Part shown: positions 25,469-32,000 of the stretch, piece after piece
How positions within the stretch are numbered: the first letter of the stretch is position 1
Layout of the letters: the number at the start of each line of letters is the position of its first letter
Assembly (NCBI GenBank): GCA_003144275.1
Contig: NJBF01000032.1
Span: 21,142-53,141, forward strand
Length of the DNA stretch: 32,000 nucleotides
From: Candidatus Heimdallarchaeota archaeon B3_Heim
Lineage (GTDB): Archaea; Asgardarchaeota; Heimdallarchaeia; Hodarchaeales; Hodarchaeaceae
Direction of reading: 5' to 3'
Notes under the pieces: model-generated
The model's input: the letters and a program-made list of their open reading frames with translations, nothing else
Told to the model about the DNA's origin: nothing
Databases searched by the model: none
Made by a program: the position numbers and the translations under genes

Positions 25469-28228
25469 ATGACAGTAGCTCAAAAAGATGAAAAAAACCT
25501 CTGGAAACGTTATGAATCGGCCCTTGAAGATTACAGCTTAACACGCGATCTCGATGATTTGCTCACTATATTCAAGAAAATTATTAGATCTTCATCACCT
25601 AAACCATCTATTGCGTTACTTACCAACATAGCTGATCGTCTCGTCAAATTCAAACTCTATGACGAAGCGAAACTTGTTTTTGGAATGATATTACGCAAAG
25701 AGAGCCAACATCGTGAGACATGGAAAGCCCTTTCTTCTCTCTATTTTAAATTAAAGGATAATAGCAAGGCAGAGTTTTGTTTACAGAAGTACTACTCATT
25801 AAAGGGAGGAAGTGTATTAATAAGTTCCTCTGTTAAGAACCGCTTAGCGAGTGCAGGCAAGCTTAAAACATTACCTACTAACCAACCACTAGGTCTTCAA
25901 AAAGCCAAACAGATAGAAGTTCATGCACCGAAGAGTGTATTAACTTTAGATGAATTTACGAGGCGCTTCAAATTAAAAAATGTATCTATCCCCACGATTA
26001 TAAAGAAAATCGTTCATTTTGCTCAACATCAAATAATTGATTATAGAATCTTTGATAAACAGAGCGGAGAATTTGGAGACGATCTACACTTTCTTAGTAA
26101 TGGCCAAATCATAAAATATCTAACTGATAGAAATATAAAACGGCTTTACAAATTTCAAGAAGAAGCAATCCACAAAATTTTATCGAACCAAGATGTGTGT
26201 ATTGTTGCACCAACTGGTAATGGGAAAACAGAAGCCTTTCTTCTCCCAGCTCTTTTGAAAATCAAAGATTTTGCTGGATATGGCGTTCAACTTCTTATAA
26301 TTTATCCTCAGAAGGCCTTAGCCAAAGATCAATTGAGGAAGATTACTGAAGTTGCCTCTCTCCTAAATCTTAAGGTAGAGGTGTTTGATGGAGATACATC
26401 TCATTATCGTCGTAAGAAGATTTTTTCTGATCCACCAGAAATCTTGATCACTAATCCTGATATTCTTCACTATCATCTTGGAATTGGAAAGAATTCAGGA
26501 TTTTTCCAGAATTTAATCAGTAATTTGAAAATAATCATTTTAGACGAGGTTCACACGTATTCAGGTACTTTTGGAAGCAATATACACTTCATCCTTCGTC
26601 GATTGGAACGAATATTGGATCAACAAGTGCAATTCATCACAGCTTCTGCTACGGTAGCTAATCCCCAGACTTTCACAAGTCGCCTATTAAATCGACCAAT
26701 CACCGTGATTGAGTGCAAAAATGGACGAAGAGGACGATTACATTTTTTGATGGTCGCTCCATTTGATGGTATGTCTACTTTTGATGGAATGGCTAGTTTA
26801 TTGAATTCAATTAAACAGTATGGTAAAATTTTAGCATTTCAAGATTCACATAGAAGTGCAGAATATTTATTTCAAAGATTACGGGGATCTTCCAACAGGG
26901 TAGGAATCCATAGAGCTGGTTTAACAAAGAAGATACGAGAAGAAGTTGAAACACAATTTAGAGAAGGAGAAATCGATCTTTTAATCGCCACTCCGACATT
27001 GGAGTTGGGAATTGATATTGGTGAGCTGGAAATAGTAGTGACACCTCCAATATCAGTAAATCGGGCTATTCAACGAATTGGTCGGGCTGGGAGAAAAGGA
27101 CAGGATGCTATAGCGATCATCCACCTTAATGCTGATGATCCTATAAGTAATTATTATTACAACAATCCTGAACGGTATTTTCAAGAAGTAGAAGATGTTT
27201 TTTTTGATCCAACAAATCTAAATGTCGTTGATCATCAACTATTGGCTGCAGCTCTTGATCATCCGTTAGGAATTAATGAATTCCCTGAAAATGTACCAGC
27301 AGTAGAAGAATTAGTAAATAAAAACTTCCTTCAAAGATTTAACAATGATATTTTCGTCCCAACAGAGCAAGGAATCGAAAAAGTACGGAAATATTCAATC
27401 AGAGGGACTAATCACGAAATACAAATCAAAATTCGTGGAGGTAGACTCATCGGAAAACGGACAATGCCGATTGCGATGTTTGAACTATATCCAGGTGCTT
27501 ATTATTTAGCAGGCGGTACTAGGTATCGAGTTTTTAATTACAGCTTCAACGGCTTTCGTGGATGGGCCGAACTGACAAAGCCAAAAAATGTCTGGGGACA
27601 AACTTTTCCTTTAACAAAATTGAAACCTCAGATTTTAGAGGTTCAGAAGCCGTTAACTTCAATATATGGAATAGAAGTGGGATTAGTTACAACTAAAATT
27701 CTTCAGTCTGTTATTGGATATACACTACAAACATCAGCTGGAACCGAAACAAAGAAATTACGAGATCCATTACATTATCCATCCCAATCCAGAGGGTTGT
27801 TATTTCAAATTCCATTATCTTCCCTAGATGTGCAATTAGATCAGAATAGATTTAGCAATTCCTTACATACCATCGTACATGTCCTGCTACATGCAAGTTT
27901 GCCTTTTATTGGCGGACAGATTCATGAAATTGGGGGATTAACTTTATTACCCCAAGGATATATACTTATATTTGATCAAGCAACAGGTTATGGAATATGT
28001 GAGATGTTAATGGGCCATTTATCTGAACTCTTTACCCGAGCGCGTGTAATTCTTGAATGTGAATGTCCAGATGGTTGTCCCAAATGTTGCTTTTTATCTC
28101 GCTGCAGTAAAAATAATACATCATTAGACAAAGATGGTGCCCGAAAAATTCTTGATTATATCATACAACAAGATGTAACAATTCCCCTTGGAATGGATTA
28201 TAATGAATGTAGGATTTTTATTTCTTAA
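25469..28228 (+). CDS. SF2 DEAH helicase with C-terminal DUF1998 Zn domain (MrfA/YprA/Hrq1 family) and N-terminal TPR-like region
   Basis: APTGNGKT, LDEVH, SAT, HRAGL, TPTLELGIDIG, QRIGRAGR, and C-terminal CECPDGCPKC. Confidence 0.9.
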   Translation: MTVAQKDEKNLWKRYESALEDYSLTRDLDDLLTIFKKIIRSSSPKPSIALLTNIADRLVKFKLYDEAKLVFGMILRKESQHRETWKALSSLYFKLKDNSKAEFCLQKYYSLKGGSVLISSSVKNRLASAGKLKTLPTNQPLGLQKAKQIEVHAPKSVLTLDEFTRRFKLKNVSIPTIIKKIVHFAQHQIIDYRIFDKQSGEFGDDLHFLSNGQIIKYLTDRNIKRLYKFQEEAIHKILSNQDVCIVAPTGNGKTEAFLLPALLKIKDFAGYGVQLLIIYPQKALAKDQLRKITEVASLLNLKVEVFDGDTSHYRRKKIFSDPPEILITNPDILHYHLGIGKNSGFFQNLISNLKIIILDEVHTYSGTFGSNIHFILRRLERILDQQVQFITASATVANPQTFTSRLLNRPITVIECKNGRRGRLHFLMVAPFDGMSTFDGMASLLNSIKQYGKILAFQDSHRSAEYLFQRLRGSSNRVGIHRAGLTKKIREEVETQFREGEIDLLIATPTLELGIDIGELEIVVTPPISVNRAIQRIGRAGRKGQDAIAIIHLNADDPISNYYYNNPERYFQEVEDVFFDPTNLNVVDHQLLAAALDHPLGINEFPENVPAVEELVNKNFLQRFNNDIFVPTEQGIEKVRKYSIRGTNHEIQIKIRGGRLIGKRTMPIAMFELYPGAYYLAGGTRYRVFNYSFNGFRGWAELTKPKNVWGQTFPLTKLKPQILEVQKPLTSIYGIEVGLVTTKILQSVIGYTLQTSAGTETKKLRDPLHYPSQSRGLLFQIPLSSLDVQLDQNRFSNSLHTIVHVLLHASLPFIGGQIHEIGGLTLLPQGYILIFDQATGYGICEMLMGHLSELFTRARVILECECPDGCPKCCFLSRCSKNNTSLDKDGARKILDYIIQQDVTIPLGMDYNECRIFIS

Positions 28229-28345
28229 TTCCCTCATTTCACCACATTTCTCAATTCTCCCATTTTCAGATATTTAAGGTAAGTCAAGGATTCACTACTG
28301 AGAAGCCCAGATTAAGAAAGTGGAATGTTGTTTTAAAATAAAGGA

Positions 28346-29539
28346 ATGGATTCTAAAATGATAAATAGAAGCGTTTTAACCACTATTATCGGATTTTTAT
28401 TTGGGTACTTCCTGTACACTGTTATTGATTCTACTTCACTGTTCATCTTTCTTTTTGGAGGAGTGGGGTACTTCATTGGTTTGATACTTGATAATGCCGA
28501 TAGAAGACTCCAACTCGAGAATGTTCAGAATATTTCTTCAAGTCACAAGGTTTATTATTCTGATATCCTTCCAGAAGCTGTCATATTATATTCTATGCTT
28601 GATAATATAACGATTGTCTTAATTGATTATAAAATTGAGGCAAAACCTGAAGATTACCGGCTATCAGTTCTTAAGAACCTTCAAGAGTTTGATTTTCGAG
28701 TAACAGAAGATTCTCTTAAGACAATTTTCTCCTTGACCATTGAATTTCCGGAATTTAATTATCCCTCCATAAGTAATTCCGAAAAAGAACTGAAAAAATT
28801 CTTCTATGATATTAAGGAGCAATGCATTGATTTTCAAGGGGCTGTACAAAAGATAATTCCTGGATTAGTTCTTAGTACTATCTATAAACCAGATATATTT
28901 GGTGATCAGAATATATATAGCCATGAGACTCATAACCGTTCTGATTCAATGAAACCCCCAGATTTTAATAGCGGAGAGCGAAGCTCTTCTTCGCTTTCTG
29001 AGAAAGTAGATAATATTAATCCTAGTATTCCAAAAATCTCAACATCTAACTTGGAAATTCCAGAATTACAAACTGAAAATGAGGAGAAAATAATGTCTGA
29101 TCTTCTTGGGAATACTTCGAAACCCAAATTAGATTCAAAATCTCTTACCAAGTCGCTAGATGAAAAATTTGAATCTTCTATGCAGAATCGGCCTAAAATA
29201 TTAACTGCGGACAAAATTAAGGAAATTAGCAATAATTTATTCGCTTTCCAAGATAAGAAGGATGATGATTTTCCTGGTTCCGAAAAACCTGAAACTGACA
29301 TGAAACCTGAGATAATGACTTCAGTGGAAGCAGACTCAACAGGAAGATTACATGATCCTGGGAAGGATGAGGAGGGCACTTATGAACTTGTAGAAGAAAC
29401 ATTGGATGAAAAGGAAAGACCTCTATTAGCAAAACTCGCTGAACAACTTTATGATGAAAAAGAGCGACGAAGTAGTAATTCAGATCCTGAAGTGGATGAA
29501 GATTTTAGACCAAAAGAGTCCTCTAAACAAGAAATTTAG
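28346..29539 (+). CDS. Hypothetical membrane-anchored protein with acidic, probably disordered C-terminus
   Basis: Two N-terminal Gly-rich TM helices, an alpha/beta middle region and ~200 aa rich in S/E/D/K/P. Confidence 0.75.
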   Translation: MDSKMINRSVLTTIIGFLFGYFLYTVIDSTSLFIFLFGGVGYFIGLILDNADRRLQLENVQNISSSHKVYYSDILPEAVILYSMLDNITIVLIDYKIEAKPEDYRLSVLKNLQEFDFRVTEDSLKTIFSLTIEFPEFNYPSISNSEKELKKFFYDIKEQCIDFQGAVQKIIPGLVLSTIYKPDIFGDQNIYSHETHNRSDSMKPPDFNSGERSSSSLSEKVDNINPSIPKISTSNLEIPELQTENEEKIMSDLLGNTSKPKLDSKSLTKSLDEKFESSMQNRPKILTADKIKEISNNLFAFQDKKDDDFPGSEKPETDMKPEIMTSVEADSTGRLHDPGKDEEGTYELVEETLDEKERPLLAKLAEQLYDEKERRSSNSDPEVDEDFRPKESSKQEI

Positions 29540-29706
29540 CCCTTATCCCTTGATGACATTTTAAACAGGAAATCTTTCTTTGAAGGAAGTATAAATAATC
29601 TCCACCGTGAGAACTTTATATCTAATTGAATTATAAATTGTGTAAAATTTTGATTTTGGAACAGACCAATAACTGTTTATTACAAGGAATGATCTCTCTC
29701 TCCAGT

Positions 29707-30222
29707 TCAGCTTATTAACTGCCGAGGGCGATTCCATAAAGGAGTAGTTGAAAAAGGAATTTTATATCGTTGATTCATGGAATTTAGAATCTCTTTTCTG
29801 ACTTCCGAATTTAAATTCTGTTGAATTGAAGGGACCCGATTTCTTATTTTTCCTTCATTTGATATTGAAATGATTCCAATCCCGATTTCTCTTGCCCAAA
29901 GGAGTTGTTCTTCCAAAGTATCGTTGTTTAGCAACTCAAATTGTTCATCAGGACATAATAAGTAACAATAATCACAAAATTGGCTATAAATTGATGGATG
30001 ATTGATATGAATCTGAGTCTCGGCCTCGAAGAAGTGAATAGAACTATCTAGTTGACAAATACCTGCTAAATCAATCCGTATTTGCTTCTGACCCCCCTCA
30101 AGAAATTCAGATATTTGAAAATGGTCATTACTCCCTATTTGTAGCTCAGAATACGTCTGGAATTGTAGTTGATTTCTTAGGAATAGTTCTAACTGGTTGA
30201 CTAGCTGATTTTCTGTTAACAT
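29707..30222 (-). CDS. PD-(D/E)xK nuclease-fold protein, MmcB-like
   Basis: SE...RIDL...HFFEAE...YSQFCDYCY...GIGII pattern. ATG 30222 preferred over TTG 30231. Confidence 0.55.
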   Translation of the reverse strand: MLTENQLVNQLELFLRNQLQFQTYSELQIGSNDHFQISEFLEGGQKQIRIDLAGICQLDSSIHFFEAETQIHINHPSIYSQFCDYCYLLCPDEQFELLNNDTLEEQLLWAREIGIGIISISNEGKIRNRVPSIQQNLNSEVRKEILNSMNQRYKIPFSTTPLWNRPRQLIS

Positions 30223-30352
30223 CTTTCTCAATAATGATTGAGATTTTCATTTTTAAACTTAAAAATTGAGGAGATCAAATTTTGGATATTTAAGTCACAT
30301 TCACCATTACTAGATGTAAACATTCAGAACAGAATATTCAGGTGAGTCGCAA

Positions 30353-30580
30353 GTGACAAGTCAACCAATACTCCAACCGAAAGGTCTTCCCTTTCTGGAT
30401 GAAGTCTTTGTAAATAGTCCCCTTTGTCAAATATGTGAGTTTGCTAACTGGGGAATAGGAGGAATTTGTTCATTATTGTTGAACAGGCGTATACCATCCG
30501 TTTTAGTAATACAAGAAGCGCAAGTGATCTCTTGTAGCGCTCATCGCAACTGGGTTGAGCATTTAGATTTAAATGAATAA
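30353..30580 (+). CDS. Small putative Zn-binding protein (C25-x2-C28, C39, C61-x2-H64)
   Basis: AGGTGA RBS 7 nt before the GTG start; the stop overlaps the next ATG (30573). Confidence 0.6.
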   Translation: MTSQPILQPKGLPFLDEVFVNSPLCQICEFANWGIGGICSLLLNRRIPSVLVIQEAQVISCSAHRNWVEHLDLNE

Positions 30581-31889
30581 TCAAAAAAGGAATTATAACT
30601 CAATTAAGAACTGGATGGAACCAACTTTGAGCCTAACGAGGAGTGGTAATAAAATTTCTCATAAGCTTAAGTTTACTCCTTCACTGGATGAACAGATATT
30701 ACTAGCTAAAATTCAAAGACAGAATTGCTTAATTCAGTATCGGCTCGAAGAGAAGCTTAATCGTATTCTGTCCTTGCTTATCAGTCTACATATCTCTAGA
30801 GAAAAAACACATGAATCCATTCCACGAGTACTCATTCTTACTAAAAGACAAATTCAGGATATCTTCAGAGCAGGGATCCAGGATACCTTAAATCAGATTA
30901 TAACGATCCATAACGGCCTTATACTCCCCCAAGCTCGAAAACTGGATTATAGTCGGTTTAGCATAATTCTCTCGACCCCTAAAACGGTGAAAAATGATTT
31001 TAAGGAAGATTTCTTTGTAAAAGATCACTTTTCACTAATAGTGATTGATTATGCGGAAATGGGGGTATCCTCATCGACTTTACGATTTATTATCAAAAAA
31101 TTAAAGCCGAACCAAGTAGTTGGTCTATCGAGAGAGAAAAATACAATAAAGCTTGGACAAGCTTGTGTAAACCTAGAGCTCACGGAATTTGTCAATATCG
31201 ATGGAAATGCTAGGAGAGAACGGTCTAACATCCAATATTATTCACTTCCTTTACCTAAAGAATATTTCTTTGTGCTAGATATTCTTAATCAACTAAAAAA
31301 AAATAGATTAATACAACTTGAAAAGTTAGGGTTTGGAGTTACTGTGAAAAGCACTCCTCAAGAGGTAGCGGCAATCCATACTAGTTTGTTGAATGAAAAG
31401 AACCGAAAACTCTTAGTAAAAACAGCGAATTTACAACGAATAATGACAATGCAACGAATGGTAATCTCTCAAGGTTTTCCTGCTCTCATATCTTATTTTG
31501 ATGATATATGTCACCGTCTAAATGATAATGATTATGTCATAGGTAGAAAAGCTTTAGTTCAGTTTTTAGGAAATCCGATCATCAATAAACTCAATGAATA
31601 TGTTCGCTTATTTAGTGAGTTAGTTCATCCGAAATTTCGACAGGTTTTGAAATTACTGGAGGACTATGGATCATCTGTTTCCCTAGTAACCAATAATCGA
31701 TACAATGCAAAGTTTCTCCAGGAAAAGCTGAATGAAAAAGGAGTATCCACGATTAATATCACCCAACCGATATCTTCTCTAAAACGAATTCAGCTAGAAA
31801 AGAAACTCTTTGCTTTCAGTGGAAAGAAAACTCGAGTATGCATAACAAATACTGCTAATGAACTTATAGCTAATCTAGCATGGTTTTAA
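30573..31889 (+). CDS. Hef/FANCM-like helicase-fold protein with degenerate motifs, ending at about motif V
   Basis: Collinear with the Hef consensus as recalled (QNCLI, RVLIL, IILSTPKTVKND, SLIVID, VVGLS, LPKEY, QGFPALISY, HPKF, TNNRYNA, RVCIT), but lacking GKT, DEAH and motif VI. Confidence 0.72.
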   Translation: MNNQKRNYNSIKNWMEPTLSLTRSGNKISHKLKFTPSLDEQILLAKIQRQNCLIQYRLEEKLNRILSLLISLHISREKTHESIPRVLILTKRQIQDIFRAGIQDTLNQIITIHNGLILPQARKLDYSRFSIILSTPKTVKNDFKEDFFVKDHFSLIVIDYAEMGVSSSTLRFIIKKLKPNQVVGLSREKNTIKLGQACVNLELTEFVNIDGNARRERSNIQYYSLPLPKEYFFVLDILNQLKKNRLIQLEKLGFGVTVKSTPQEVAAIHTSLLNEKNRKLLVKTANLQRIMTMQRMVISQGFPALISYFDDICHRLNDNDYVIGRKALVQFLGNPIINKLNEYVRLFSELVHPKFRQVLKLLEDYGSSVSLVTNNRYNAKFLQEKLNEKGVSTINITQPISSLKRIQLEKKLFAFSGKKTRVCITNTANELIANLAWF

Positions 31890-32000
31890 CATAAAGATCG
31901 GAGAAACGTCTTTCTGGAGTGAAAACGCTTCTTTGGACTATTAAAGCACCGTTGGGCACGGACTTCATCATATTGATACCGATAAAGAGCGATGAGTTGG

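Noticed and set aside
25469-31889. DISARM, Druantia or restriction-modification defence system
   Set aside because: No methyltransferase, DrmA/DrmD, PLD nuclease or Dru partner genes; the helicase fits the MrfA/Hrq1 type.
31840-32000. Frameshift or readthrough restoring Hef motif VI
   Set aside because: All three plus-strand frames were translated; none gives QRxGRxGR, and the original frame stops again 11 codons later.

Overview
AT-rich archaeal chromosomal segment. An Asgard/Heimdallarchaeia (Hodarchaeales-like) origin is inferred from a PGF-CTERM-type substrate-binding protein, archaeal wHTH/Lrp/Hef families and GGTGA-type ribosome-binding sites; it is not proven. Left to right: (1) a CDP-sugar/glycosylation block (partial rfbG, rfbF, SDR epimerase/reductase, DPM-like GT2, PIG-V-like GT-C); (2) a MacB/LolCDE-type ABC pair; (3) a wHTH / coiled-coil-wHTH / MinD-ParA trio preceded by an 11-bp-phased repeat array; (4) an ArsN2-like GNAT and two hypothetical proteins; (5) a ~14 kb putative acyl-handling locus: acyl-CoA ligase divergent from a Liv-type ABC importer with enlarged permeases, MBL hydrolase, tandem Lrp, and a convergent luxE-luxC-Cys-rich(-HEAT) unit with no luxAB or luxD; (6) a DNA-processing block: TPR-fused DUF1998 (MrfA/Hrq1-type) helicase, membrane protein, MmcB-like PD-(D/E)xK protein, small Cys/His protein and a Hef/FANCM-like helicase whose catalytic motifs are all degenerate. 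No rRNA, tRNA, CRISPR array or intact transposase was recognised. All family assignments come from motif recognition by eye, not from database searches.
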